NCBI GenBank assembly: GCA_030527285.1
Contig: JAUNBC010000001.1
Location: forward strand, 80,111-144,110
Direction: 5' to 3'
DNA from: Bacillota bacterium
Lineage (GTDB): Bacteria; Bacillota; Dehalobacteriia; UBA4068
DNA length: 64,000 bases
Shown: positions 48,429-58,036 of the stretch, piece by piece
Numbering within the stretch: the first letter of the stretch is position 1
Layout: the number at the start of each line of letters is the position of its first letter
The notes under the pieces: model-generated
Seen by the model: only the letters and a program-made list of their open reading frames with translations
Database searches by the model: none
What the model was told of the DNA's origin: nothing
Translations under genes and position numbers: made by a program

Positions 48429-49565
48429 TTACCACATGTGCCGCAGCAGCTTGAACCACAGGCGGAACACACCGCCGCGCGGCACGTCATTGGCGATATA
48501 CAGGGCGGCGCTGAGCAATTCGGCGCCGTCTTTATATACGGTCAGCGTGCCCGCCTCCTGCTCGGCGGCCAGCGGCGCGGTCAGACGCGGCAGCGGTTCC
48601 ACGTTATGCGTCAGCTCGGCCTGTTCGCCGCGGGCGGCGGTATAGCCGATAGCGTCGCGCACATAGAGGTTGACGTGGTCGGCGACGCCCTTTTCCACCG
48701 GTACGGTGGCCACGACCTCGCCGGCGGTGAACAGCGGGTAGTATTCAAAGCTGTTGAAGCCGTAATTGAGCAGCTCCATGCTCTCGGTAAAATGCCCCTG
48801 CCGCTGCTGGCAGCCGAGTATCACCGAGATCAGCCGCATCCCCTCGCGCTCGGCGGTAGCCACAAGGTTGCGTCCGGCCTCCTCGGTATAGCCGGTCTTG
48901 AGGCCGTCCGTGCCCTCGTACCACTTGAGCAGGCGGTTGGTATTCCACAGCACCAGCGGCTTGGGCTCGGGGCGGAACTGATACTCATAGATAGAGGTAT
49001 AATCGAGGAAGCCGTCCAAATGCACCGCATAATAGGCGAGCTTGCCCAGATCGGCGGCGGTGGTATAATGCTCGTCGTCATGCAGGCCATGCGGATTGAC
49101 GAAATGCGTATCATTCATGCCCAGCTCGGCGGCCTTATCGTTCATCATCTGCACGAAGCCCGCCATCGTGCCGCCGATGAATTCCGCCATCGCGTAGGAA
49201 GCGTCGTTGCCGCTGCCCACGGCGATGGCGATCAGCATCTCGTCGACGCTGCGCACCTCGCCCGGGTACAGATACACCTGCGAGCCGCCCATCGCCGCCG
49301 CCTCCTCGGAGACGCTGACCGTATCGTCCTTGCTGATCGCGCCGCTGTTGACCGCCTCTAAGATCAGCGCCAGCGTCATGATCTTGGTCACCGAGGCCGG
49401 GTAGCATTTAGCGTCGGCGTTTTGCTCGAATAAGACCTGTCCGCTGGCGCCGTCCAGCAGCAACGCCGACTGCGCATCGAATTGCGGTATATCCGCAGCC
49501 GCGGCCGCTGGCGGCGCGGCGCACAGTAATAAAGCGCATACGGCGAAGAAGATGATTTTGCGCAT
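48429..49565 (-). CDS. dacF: D-Ala-D-Ala carboxypeptidase (DacF-like)
   Basis: Signal peptide, SVTK, SGN, KTG; AMGGSQVYL and NTNRLL resemble DacF. Confidence 0.75.
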   Translation of the reverse strand: MRKIIFFAVCALLLCAAPPAAAAADIPQFDAQSALLLDGASGQVLFEQNADAKCYPASVTKIMTLALILEAVNSGAISKDDTVSVSEEAAAMGGSQVYLYPGEVRSVDEMLIAIAVGSGNDASYAMAEFIGGTMAGFVQMMNDKAAELGMNDTHFVNPHGLHDDEHYTTAADLGKLAYYAVHLDGFLDYTSIYEYQFRPEPKPLVLWNTNRLLKWYEGTDGLKTGYTEEAGRNLVATAEREGMRLISVILGCQQRQGHFTESMELLNYGFNSFEYYPLFTAGEVVATVPVEKGVADHVNLYVRDAIGYTAARGEQAELTHNVEPLPRLTAPLAAEQEAGTLTVYKDGAELLSAALYIANDVPRGGVFRLWFKLLRHMW

Positions 49566-49630
49566 TGATAAGCCCCCCTTTTTTTAATAGTTATGCAGGG
49601 TGGGGGACAAAAATACCCCCGCCTAAGCGC

Positions 49631-49754
49631 CAGACCGTCGATAAACGGCGCGATACTGCGTTACGGCTTTCAGCCAGCGTCGTCACATACGTTTTTAGTA
49701 TGCTCCTTGCTGGCTGAAAACCGCGCCTTGTCTCGCTTGTTTCTCAACGGTCTG
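49631..49754. mobile_element. Miniature inverted-repeat element (copy 2)
   Basis: 16-bp TIR with 14/16 match (CAGACCGTCGATAAAC / GTTTCTCAACGGTCTG); internal hairpin TTTCAGCCAGC..GCTGGCTGAAA; no ORF. Confidence 0.7.
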
Positions 49755-49806
49755 GTAGATAAGATATAATAACCCCCACACAAGCGGGGGTCGGTATACA
49801 GCGCCG

Positions 49807-50685
49807 TTATTCGGCGTAATGGGCGAAATGCAGCCGGCAATAATCCTCGAACAAGGCGGCGGCGCTGCTCAGATAGCGGTTCTTATTGCGCGCCAGCCGC
49901 AGCGTGCGGCGGCAGCGCGGCTCGCTGATCGCCACGCGGTTCATGCTGTCGTCGAATACCAGATCAAAGCTGCGCGCCGGAAACAGCGTCAGATAATGAT
50001 GCAGCTGCGCCATGGCGAGGAACAGCCGGTCGTCCTCGCTGGTGAAGGCGATATACGGCTCAAAGCCGGCCTGCGCGGCGAAATGCAGCAGATTGGCGGT
50101 GACGTTGGAATCGGCGGCGGCGGTCTGATAGGGGTAGGGCGCGGTCTCGGCCAGCGTTACGCTCTGTTTGCCGGCCAGCGGATGCTCCTTATGTACGGCC
50201 AGCACCAGCTCCTCGCCCGCCAGCTCGATGGAATCCCCGTCCTCTACGCCCTCGGGCAGCGCGAACAGGTAGAAGTCATACTTGGCGATATCCTCGGCGG
50301 CAGGGTGGAGATTGTTGTTGACGAACAGCTTGATCTCGGGGTTTTCGGCCTGAAACGAGGCCAGCAGCGAAGGTATGACCAGATTGGCGGCGGCGGCCAG
50401 CACCTTGATATTGCGGTCGCCGTCGTCGGAGACGTCCTTGGCCTTTTTCACCGCGTCGTCGATCACCGCCAGCCCGGCGACGATATTCTCATAGAACACG
50501 CGCCCGGCCTCGGAGAGGCGGATATTATTGCCCGAGCGCTCGAACAGCGACATACCCAGCTCCGCCTCCAGACGGCTGATCGTCTTGGACAGCGACGGCT
50601 GGGATATCCACAGCTCGCGGGCGGCGCGCGTCATGTTTTCATGCCGCGCCGCCGTGCAGAAATATTTGAGTTGTAATAATTGCAT
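49807..50685 (-). CDS. LysR family regulator
   Basis: TRAARELWISQPSLSKTISRLEAELG..LFER. Confidence 0.93.
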   Translation of the reverse strand: MQLLQLKYFCTAARHENMTRAARELWISQPSLSKTISRLEAELGMSLFERSGNNIRLSEAGRVFYENIVAGLAVIDDAVKKAKDVSDDGDRNIKVLAAAANLVIPSLLASFQAENPEIKLFVNNNLHPAAEDIAKYDFYLFALPEGVEDGDSIELAGEELVLAVHKEHPLAGKQSVTLAETAPYPYQTAAADSNVTANLLHFAAQAGFEPYIAFTSEDDRLFLAMAQLHHYLTLFPARSFDLVFDDSMNRVAISEPRCRRTLRLARNKNRYLSSAAALFEDYCRLHFAHYAE

Positions 50686-50861
50686 CGTTACCCCCCTGGC
50701 GAACATACTATAATTCAAAAGCTATGCTGCTATTATAAACTGTTGATAGATAGGTGTAAAGTGTTTATTTGCTTTGAATTATCAGAAAGTTCTTGCCATA
50801 CGATTTTTCGCGTTTGGTCAAAAATCGCTGATTTTTGTGTATTCCCAGCTACAAAAACTGA

Positions 50862-50879
50862 TATAGACATTTGTCTATA
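50862..50879. promoter_or_regulatory. Palindromic operator candidate
   Basis: TATAGACA-tt-TGTCTATA between divergent LysR and NSS transporter genes. Confidence 0.5.
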
Positions 50880-50988
50880 CACCTATAGCCGTTTATGTAT
50901 TAGTCGTTTTGCGCTCGGGAAACTATAATTATCTTTAGGCACAGGCATTCATTTGCTGTGTACTAAAATATTTGGAAGGAGGAATTAC

Positions 50989-52479
50989 ATGTCTGAAAAG
51001 AAAGAAGAATGGGGAAGTACAATAGGCTACATTCTGTCCGCGCTCGGCATGGCGATCGGTACAGGTAACGTCTGGCGTTTCCCCAGACAGGTCGTTGGTT
51101 ATGACGGCGGCCCGTTCATGATCGCTTGGTTGGTGGCGTTGTTCGTATGGTCGATCCCGCTGCTGATGGCTGAGGCGATCATCGCCAAGAAGACCCGCCT
51201 GGCTCATACCGGCGGCTTCCGCGATTTCATGGGCAAGAAATATGCCTGGCTGGGCATGACCTGCGTAATGATTCTCGTCGCTATCACCGCTTGCTATTCT
51301 GTGGTTGTTGCTTACTGCGCTAAATATTTTGTTAATTCAATTAGCGGTGCATATGCGGCTCCCATTACGCCGGAGGCGGCGCAGGCCGCCTGGGATGCTT
51401 TCCGCGCCGACCCGGTTCAGGTATTGCTCTTCAATGCCATCACCATGGGTATAGCGGGCGGCGTCGTTTTGCTCGGTATTCAGTCCGGTATCGAGAAGGT
51501 CTGCTCGGTCGTTATCCCCGGCCTGTTCATCATCCTCGTCGGCATGACCATCTATCTGTTGGTCAAATACCCCGGTCCGGAAGGCGCTATCGCTGGTTGG
51601 AGCGCGCTGTTCGAGCCAAACTTTGGCAAACTGGGTAATTCAGAGATCTGGCTGGCAGCCTTCACGCAATCCGCGTGGTCGACGGGCGCCGGCTGGGGCT
51701 TACTGTATATTTACTCAGTATCGGTCAAGGAGAACACCCATGTCGGCAACAATGCGATGGCCGTCGGCGTCGGCGATCAGTTGGGCGCGTTGGTAGCGGC
51801 CACCGTGGTCGTGCCCGCGATCTTTGCCGTTGCCGCTGATCCGCTGGCGATCATGGGCTCCAATAACTTTGGCCTGACCTTCATCTGGCTGACCACCACC
51901 TTCTCGATGATGGACGGCGGCACGGTCCTCTCCTCGCTGTTCTTCCTGGTGCTGTTCGGCGCCGGCGTTACCTCGATGTTCGCTATGGTCGAGGTCGGCG
52001 TGCACAATCTGACGGACTGCGGCTGGAGCCGTAAAAAGGCCGCTGCCGCTGTGATGATCGGCGAGTTTGCCATCGGCATTCCTTCCTGCATCTGGCCCGG
52101 CTTCTGGGCGAATCAGGACTGGGCTACCGGCATGGGCTTGCTGTTCGCCGGCCTGCTCTATGCTATCTGCATTATGAAGCATGGCGCGAACAAGGTGCTC
52201 GACGAATACATCAACGACGAGTATTCGAGCAAGATCTACAAGATCGGCCGTTGGTGGTCTGTGCTTATCAGACTGTTCCCGGTGTTCTTCGTCTTCCTGT
52301 TTGGCTGGTGGACCATTCAGTCCATTGGCTGGTATCCCGGCGAATGGTGGAATCCGTTCCTGGCTGAGTCCACCGGTACGTTCTACGCCTGGGTTATCGT
52401 TTACTGCCTCGCCGGCTTCATTCTGACCAAGCTCTTCATGAAGAAGTATAAGAGCGGTCCGATGACTGTAGAAGAATAG
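50989..52479 (+). CDS. NSS/SNF family Na+-dependent (amino acid) transporter
   Basis: GMAIGTGNVWRFP, GGPF, IPLLMAE, GIEK, GLTF. Confidence 0.92.
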   Translation: MSEKKEEWGSTIGYILSALGMAIGTGNVWRFPRQVVGYDGGPFMIAWLVALFVWSIPLLMAEAIIAKKTRLAHTGGFRDFMGKKYAWLGMTCVMILVAITACYSVVVAYCAKYFVNSISGAYAAPITPEAAQAAWDAFRADPVQVLLFNAITMGIAGGVVLLGIQSGIEKVCSVVIPGLFIILVGMTIYLLVKYPGPEGAIAGWSALFEPNFGKLGNSEIWLAAFTQSAWSTGAGWGLLYIYSVSVKENTHVGNNAMAVGVGDQLGALVAATVVVPAIFAVAADPLAIMGSNNFGLTFIWLTTTFSMMDGGTVLSSLFFLVLFGAGVTSMFAMVEVGVHNLTDCGWSRKKAAAAVMIGEFAIGIPSCIWPGFWANQDWATGMGLLFAGLLYAICIMKHGANKVLDEYINDEYSSKIYKIGRWWSVLIRLFPVFFVFLFGWWTIQSIGWYPGEWWNPFLAESTGTFYAWVIVYCLAGFILTKLFMKKYKSGPMTVEE

Positions 52480-52496
52480 GTAAAGGAGGATATAAC

Positions 52497-52592
52497 ATGT
52501 CAGCATTAGCATGGATCATCATGATCATCATGATTTTCGGCGAGTTAGGCTGGTTCATTTGGTTAGCCTCCGTTGCCGCGAAAGAAAAGTAA
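52497..52592 (+). CDS. 31-aa MetS-like small subunit of NSS transporter
   Basis: RBS AAAGGAGG; MSALAWIIMIIMIFGELGWFIWLASVAAKEK, between NSS stop and terminator. Confidence 0.75.
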   Translation: MSALAWIIMIIMIFGELGWFIWLASVAAKEK

Positions 52593-52604
52593 AGCTTCTC
52601 TTTC

Positions 52605-52638
52605 AAGACCGGCTCCCATCTCGGGAGCCGGTCTTTTT
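52605..52638 (+). terminator. Rho-independent terminator
   Basis: AAGACCGGCTCCC..GGGAGCCGGTCTT followed by T-tract. Confidence 0.85.
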
Positions 52639-52694
52639 CCGCGCGTTCCGTTTGCCGCTTGTCTTTTGCGCGCTTTTGCGGTATCATAGGTACT

Positions 52695-53681
52695 ATGATC
52701 GAGCAAAAGGACTATAATTATAAAAGCGTCGCCGCCCTGGACGCGGAATGGCTGCCGCATCGCGGCGTCAGCGATTATTGGCTGATACAGGCGCGGCTGT
52801 ATGACGCGGCGCTGCCGCTGGCCGAGTATATGCTGGATATCAGCCTGCATAAGCAATTTGCGGGGCTGGGCAGCTATTTCGAGCTGTATTGCGGCCTCGG
52901 CGATATAATAGGCGGGATCAGGCATCAGGCGCGGCGGTATTTTTCCTGGCCGGCGGCGGAGAACGGCGGCATAGCCATCGACGCGGAGAGCATACTCTGC
53001 GGCGAGACCTTGCAGCTGCTCGACGACGGCAAGGCGATGGCGCTGCTGCTGGATACCGGCGAGGCGCGATTACAACTGCGGCTGGACAAGGCGGACGAAG
53101 TGCTGCTGGGCGGCAAATGCCGCATCGAGCTGGACGGGCAGCGGCTGGGCGATCAGCGGCTGCTGGGCGCGGCCAGCGTCAATATGCCCTGCGCCGGGAG
53201 GCTGCGGCTGGGCGATAAGGAGCTGCGGTTGACGGGCGCGGGCGCGTTCATCCGCAGCTACGGGCGGATGCCGCTGCAGCAGGCGCGCTTTCATTGGGAA
53301 TGCTTCCGCCTCTATCTGGACGACGGGCGCAAATATATCTTCTATGAATTCCCCTATGCCGGACACCGCGCGGGCATTTATATCGACAAGCGAAATCAAC
53401 CGCAGCGCTGCGATGATTTCAGCGTCGAATACACCGATTATACTGAGATCGACGAATGGCGTTTTGCGCATACCTGGTACCTCAAATGCGACAGCCATTT
53501 CCCCCGGCAGCTCTATTTTCTGCCGCTGCTCAAGGATCAGGCGACGCTGCCGACCACGCACGTTATGCTCGGCGTGTATAATTACAACGCCCAGCGCATG
53601 GGCTATGCCTTTGCCGAGGCGATGCCCGGCGCGCGCAATGAGCTGAAAAAGATCCCGCTCAAGCTGTACCGCGATTATTAG
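52695..53681 (+). CDS. Divergent AttH/lipocalin-like domain protein
   Basis: LPH...DYWL near the N-terminus and HWECFRLYLDDG resemble AttH/CrtC H..EWWY and WDWF.L.LDDG. Confidence 0.45.
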   Translation: MIEQKDYNYKSVAALDAEWLPHRGVSDYWLIQARLYDAALPLAEYMLDISLHKQFAGLGSYFELYCGLGDIIGGIRHQARRYFSWPAAENGGIAIDAESILCGETLQLLDDGKAMALLLDTGEARLQLRLDKADEVLLGGKCRIELDGQRLGDQRLLGAASVNMPCAGRLRLGDKELRLTGAGAFIRSYGRMPLQQARFHWECFRLYLDDGRKYIFYEFPYAGHRAGIYIDKRNQPQRCDDFSVEYTDYTEIDEWRFAHTWYLKCDSHFPRQLYFLPLLKDQATLPTTHVMLGVYNYNAQRMGYAFAEAMPGARNELKKIPLKLYRDY

Positions 53682-53710
53682 CGGCGGCGGCAAGGGACGG
53701 GATAAAAAAG

Positions 53711-53758
53711 AAAAACGACGGCCATTAGGCGGCGCGCCGCCTAATGGCCGTCGTTTTT
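53711..53758. repeat. Perfect 48-bp palindrome / bidirectional terminator
   Basis: AAAAACGACGGCCATTAGGCGGCG|CGCCGCCTAATGGCCGTCGTTTTT between convergent genes. Confidence 0.85.
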
Positions 53759-53781
53759 ATGCGTATGGACAGCGAGCGCCG

Positions 53782-54321
53782 TCAAACAGGCTGCTCCGGC
53801 TCCAGCAGTTGGCGGTATAAGCGCGCGGTCTCCGCGTCGAAGGCGACGAAGTAGACCTTATTGACGCTGGGATGCGCCGCGAGAAAGGCCAAGACCGTGT
53901 CCACGGCGATGCGCGCGGCCTGCGGTCTGGGGTAGCCGTAAACGCCGGTGGAGATGGCGGGAAAGGCGACGCTGCGCAGCTTGAACTGCTCGGCCAGCAG
54001 CAGCGAATTGGTATAGCAGGCAGCCAGCTTGGCCGCCTCGTCATGTTGGCCGCCCCGCCAGATCGGCCCCACGGTATGGATAACGAAGGGCGCGGGCAGG
54101 CGATACCCGGCGGTGATCTTGGCCTCGCCGACCGCGCAGCCATGCAGCAGGCGGCATTCGGCCAGCAGCTCCGGCCCGGCGGCGCTGTGGATAGCGCCGT
54201 CTACGCCGCCGCCGCCCAGCAGCGAGGGATTGGCGGCGTTGACGATAGCGTCCACGCCCATCTTGGTGATATCGCCCTGATACACGCTGATCCGCGCTTT
54301 TGTTTTGTCAACTCCGGTCAT
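53782..54321 (-). CDS. Macro domain protein (O-acetyl-ADP-ribose deacetylase type)
   Basis: [35 protein letters not shown]. Confidence 0.95.
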   Translation of the reverse strand: MTGVDKTKARISVYQGDITKMGVDAIVNAANPSLLGGGGVDGAIHSAAGPELLAECRLLHGCAVGEAKITAGYRLPAPFVIHTVGPIWRGGQHDEAAKLAACYTNSLLLAEQFKLRSVAFPAISTGVYGYPRPQAARIAVDTVLAFLAAHPSVNKVYFVAFDAETARLYRQLLEPEQPV

Positions 54322-54443
54322 CGGCAGCCCTCCTTGTAATTAAGTACATTCTACCACCAATATCATGAATTTTCAATTATTTGTCATGCGGGCGTAGAAT
54401 ATGCTATGATTATGCTGTAAAATCAGGCGAAGAGGAACAGCGT

Positions 54444-55496
54444 ATGACCTTGACTTTAAGCGAATTCATCGCCGCGATGGCCGATAATCCGATATTGACG
54501 ATCACCGTATTGCTTAATCTGGCCGTAATTCTCGTAAACGGTTGGACGGATGCGCCCAACGCCATTGCTACCTGCGTTTCTACCCGCTCGATGACGCCGA
54601 AAAAGGCGATCGCGATGGCGGCTGTGTTCAACTTTTTCGGCGTTTGCCTGATGACTCTGATCAACGCTACCGTCGCCACCACCATTTACCGCATGGTCGA
54701 TTTTGGCGGCAATTCGCAGGACGCGCTGATAGCGGTATGCGCGGCGATGTTTGCTATCGTCATCTGGGCGACCGCGGCCTGGTATTTCGGCATCCCCACC
54801 AGCGAATCTCATGCGCTGATCGCCGGTATCACCGGCGCGGCCATCGCGCTGCAGGGCGGTATGTCCGGCGTCAACGGCGCGGAATGGATAAAGGTGATAT
54901 ACGGGCTGGGGCTGTCGACGCTGCTGGGCTTCGGCCTCGGCTTTGTTATTGCGCGCGGCATGAATTATTTCTCGCGCAACCTCGATTTTCAAAAGGGGCA
55001 GGCTAATTTCGGCAGGGGACAGGTGGCCGCCGCCGCCGGTATGGCCTTCATGCACGGCGCGCAGGACGGGCAGAAGTTCATGGGCATCTTCTTCCTCACC
55101 ATCATCCTCGCCTCCGGCCAGAGCACCGGCGGCGAGGTGGAGCTGCCGCTGTGGATGATGATAGTCTGCTCGCTGGTGATGGCGCTCGGTACCTCTATCG
55201 GCGGTATGCGTATCATCAAATCCGTGGGCATGAAAATGGTACATCTGACCAAGCAGCAGGGCTTTTCCTCGGATATGGCGGCGGTGGTATGCCTGTTTCT
55301 CTCGTCATGGTTCGGCATACCGGTATCGACGACGCATACCAAGACCACGTCGATCATGGGCGTGGGCGCGGCCAAGCGCCTGTCGGCCGTCAACTGGGGC
55401 GTGGTCAAGGAGATGGTGCTGACATGGCTGCTGACCTTCCCCGGCTGCGGCTTGATCGGCTTTTTGATGGCGAAGGTGTTTCTGGCGGTGTTTTAG
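54444..55496 (+). CDS. PiT family inorganic phosphate transporter
   Basis: GWTDAPNA, PTSESHA, HGAQDGQK, PVSTTH. Confidence 0.92.
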   Translation: MTLTLSEFIAAMADNPILTITVLLNLAVILVNGWTDAPNAIATCVSTRSMTPKKAIAMAAVFNFFGVCLMTLINATVATTIYRMVDFGGNSQDALIAVCAAMFAIVIWATAAWYFGIPTSESHALIAGITGAAIALQGGMSGVNGAEWIKVIYGLGLSTLLGFGLGFVIARGMNYFSRNLDFQKGQANFGRGQVAAAAGMAFMHGAQDGQKFMGIFFLTIILASGQSTGGEVELPLWMMIVCSLVMALGTSIGGMRIIKSVGMKMVHLTKQQGFSSDMAAVVCLFLSSWFGIPVSTTHTKTTSIMGVGAAKRLSAVNWGVVKEMVLTWLLTFPGCGLIGFLMAKVFLAVF

Positions 55497-55519
55497 TACA
55501 TAAACAGAAAGGATATATC

Positions 55520-56149
55520 ATGGCTAAAGATAAACGCGGTCATTTCAATTACTTTGAGGCCTTCGAGAGCATGGCCAAATGCTCGGCGCGAGCGGCGGAA
55601 ATGCTGGTACGAATACTCAGCGATTTTGACCCGTCTAAGGTCAAGGAGAGCATGGAGCTGATGCATACTATCGAGCACGAGGCCGACCAGCAGCATCATA
55701 TACTGCTGGAAAAGTTAGCGCGGGAATTTATCACGCCGATCGAGCGCGAGGATATCGTCACCATGGGGCAGGAATTAGACGAGATCACCGACTGCATCGA
55801 GGACGTGCTGCTGCGCATATATATGTTCAACATCAAGCTCATCCCCGACGAGGCGCTGCAAATGGCCAAGATCATCAGCCAATGCTGCTCCGCTTTGCAG
55901 GTGGCGTTGAGCGAATTTGCCGACTTCAAGAAATCGACCAAGATCAAGGATATGATCATCGAAGTCAACCGGCTGGAGGAAAGCGGCGACGCGCTGTACG
56001 TCGAGGCCAACCGCAATCTCTATACCGGCAGCCATGACGCGATCACCATCACCTCATGGACGACCACCTTCACCCGTCTGGAGAAATGCTGCGACGCTTG
56101 CGAGCACGTGGCCAACGCCATGGAAACGATCATGATGAAAAACTCGTAA
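55520..56149 (+). CDS. DUF47 phosphate transport regulator
   Basis: IEHEAD, FITPIEREDI, LEESGD, LEKCCDACE; downstream of pit. Confidence 0.9.
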   Translation: MAKDKRGHFNYFEAFESMAKCSARAAEMLVRILSDFDPSKVKESMELMHTIEHEADQQHHILLEKLAREFITPIEREDIVTMGQELDEITDCIEDVLLRIYMFNIKLIPDEALQMAKIISQCCSALQVALSEFADFKKSTKIKDMIIEVNRLEESGDALYVEANRNLYTGSHDAITITSWTTTFTRLEKCCDACEHVANAMETIMMKNS

Positions 56150-56176
56150 GCTGCGGGTATAACATAATACAAACAT

Positions 56177-56213
56177 AAAACCGCCCTAAGGCGCGCCGCC
56201 TAAAGGCGGTTTT
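56177..56213 (+). terminator. Terminator hairpin
   Basis: AAAACCGCC..GGCGGTTTT. Confidence 0.7.
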
Positions 56214-56290
56214 GTTGTGTCAATGACATATTTGTCATTGCGAAGAAGCGCGGATTTTGTTATAATGACGACAAAGAAGGGGGTGAGCCG

Positions 56291-58036
56291 ATGCTGTTTT
56301 GCGAAAAGCTGGATAAGCTGTTGACGGCGCTGGGCAGGAGCAACGCCGAGCTGGCCAGGGCTTCGTCTCTGGACGCCTCGCTGATCAGCCGTTTCCGTCA
56401 GGGGCGGCGCGTGCCGTCCGTCGGCAGCGCACAACTGCATAAGCTGTGCGACGGCCTTGAGGCGCTGCTTGCGGCCAGCCCCGATAGCGCAAAGCTGCTG
56501 CAAACATGCGCCGGAGGCAGCGTACAGCTCAAAGAATGGCTGCTGGCCGAGGATTCGGGACTGCGCCCGCGGCGGCAGCGGCAGGACGCGGCGGAGGCCT
56601 GGCAATCAGCCATACCCGCCGAATTCGCGGCGCGGCTCGATATGCTGATGCGTCGGCTGGGGCTGAGCAATGCGCGCATGGGCGAATATCTGAACGTGGA
56701 CGCTTCGCTGATCAGCCGTTGGCGCAGCGGTCTTCGCCAGCCCGCGCAGGATGGCGCATTGGCGGCGGAGGCGGCGCGGCTCCTGGCGGCGCGTATCGAG
56801 CGGCATCCGCAGGCGGAGCAGCTGCGCGAGCAGCTGGGAGCCAGCGGCGGAGAGGATTTGGCGGCGCTGATATTGGGCGGCAGGAAGGCCGGCGGTACGG
56901 CGGCGGCCGCTATGCGCGGGCGAGAGCTGCTCAAGGCCATAGGCAGCGCGCTGCTGACGGAGACGCAGCCGTATCAGCACACGCTCAATTCGATAGCGCA
57001 GGGGCGCGGCGAGACGCTCGGCGGACAGAGCTTCTACGGCTTGGACGGACTGCGTCAGGCGATGATCACCAGCATTGCGCAATTTGCCGCGGCTTCGCCC
57101 GGCAAGCCGGCGTATATTTACGCCGGTATCGCGGACAGCGTTTTATACGCCGACCGGACGTTCGAGGATAAAATGGGCGCGTTATGCGCAGCGGCGCAGC
57201 GGCAGGGTCTGCAAATGACCGTCATTCATTGCGGACGCTCGATGAAGCAGGATTTGCCGCAATTATTGCGGCGCTGGCTGCCTTTTTACAGCGGCGGTCT
57301 GGTCGAGCCGTATTATCTGCAATTGGACGAAAGGACGCTGACTGCGCCGCTGATGCTGTTTGGCGACAGCGCCGTCATCAGCGGCAGCGGCGGCGCGGAG
57401 GGCGAGGACGGTTTCTATCAGTATTGCCATGGCGAGAGGCTGCGGCAGGCCGCTTACAGCCAGTTCAAGCTGTTGCGCGGGCAAGCCGTGCGGCTGCTGG
57501 AGATCTACGGCGCGGCGCGCCCCGAGGCCTATTTGCGCGCGCTGGACGAGCATGGGCGGGACAGCGGCGACAGCTACGCGCTGCGCGATACGCTGCCCTT
57601 GGCGGCGCTGTCCACGCAACAGCTGACGGAGATGCTGGAGCGGCTGGAGCGCGACTATGAGGTCAAGGCGCGCGTGCTCAACTATCATATGCAGATGCGC
57701 GAGCAGCTCTATCATAAATTGCGCGCCGGACAGATGACGGAGACGCTGTATATCGCCGACCGCGAGCATCTTTATGCCGATATTCCCGGCGTTATCTGCG
57801 AGCAGCGGCTGTATTGCACGGCGGCGGAAGCGCAGGCGCAGCTCAGCTTTCTCCGTGAAACTGCCGCGCGTAATCAAAACTATCACCTGAATCTGCTCGA
57901 GCAAGCGCCGCCCTTTCCCGGCTTGCAGTTTGAGCTGCGCGGCCAGCGGTTGCTGCTGCGCAACGATCAGCGGCGTATCGCGCTCGGCCTTGATGACGGG
58001 GAGCTGGCCGCCGCCGTCCGGCAGTATTGCGAATAA
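56291..58036 (+). CDS. Protein with two tandem XRE-type HTH domains and an unknown C-terminal region
   Basis: NAELARASSLDASLISRFRQGRR and NARMGEYLNVDASLISRWRSGLR. Confidence 0.7.
   Translation: MLFCEKLDKLLTALGRSNAELARASSLDASLISRFRQGRRVPSVGSAQLHKLCDGLEALLAASPDSAKLLQTCAGGSVQLKEWLLAEDSGLRPRRQRQDAAEAWQSAIPAEFAARLDMLMRRLGLSNARMGEYLNVDASLISRWRSGLRQPAQDGALAAEAARLLAARIERHPQAEQLREQLGASGGEDLAALILGGRKAGGTAAAAMRGRELLKAIGSALLTETQPYQHTLNSIAQGRGETLGGQSFYGLDGLRQAMITSIAQFAAASPGKPAYIYAGIADSVLYADRTFEDKMGALCAAAQRQGLQMTVIHCGRSMKQDLPQLLRRWLPFYSGGLVEPYYLQLDERTLTAPLMLFGDSAVISGSGGAEGEDGFYQYCHGERLRQAAYSQFKLLRGQAVRLLEIYGAARPEAYLRALDEHGRDSGDSYALRDTLPLAALSTQQLTEMLERLERDYEVKARVLNYHMQMREQLYHKLRAGQMTETLYIADREHLYADIPGVICEQRLYCTAAEAQAQLSFLRETAARNQNYHLNLLEQAPPFPGLQFELRGQRLLLRNDQRRIALGLDDGELAAAVRQYCE

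Noticed and set aside
53782-54321. Macro domain gene as part of an anti-phage or toxin-antitoxin system
   Set aside because: Stand-alone housekeeping-type macrodomain with no ADP-ribosyltransferase or sirtuin neighbour
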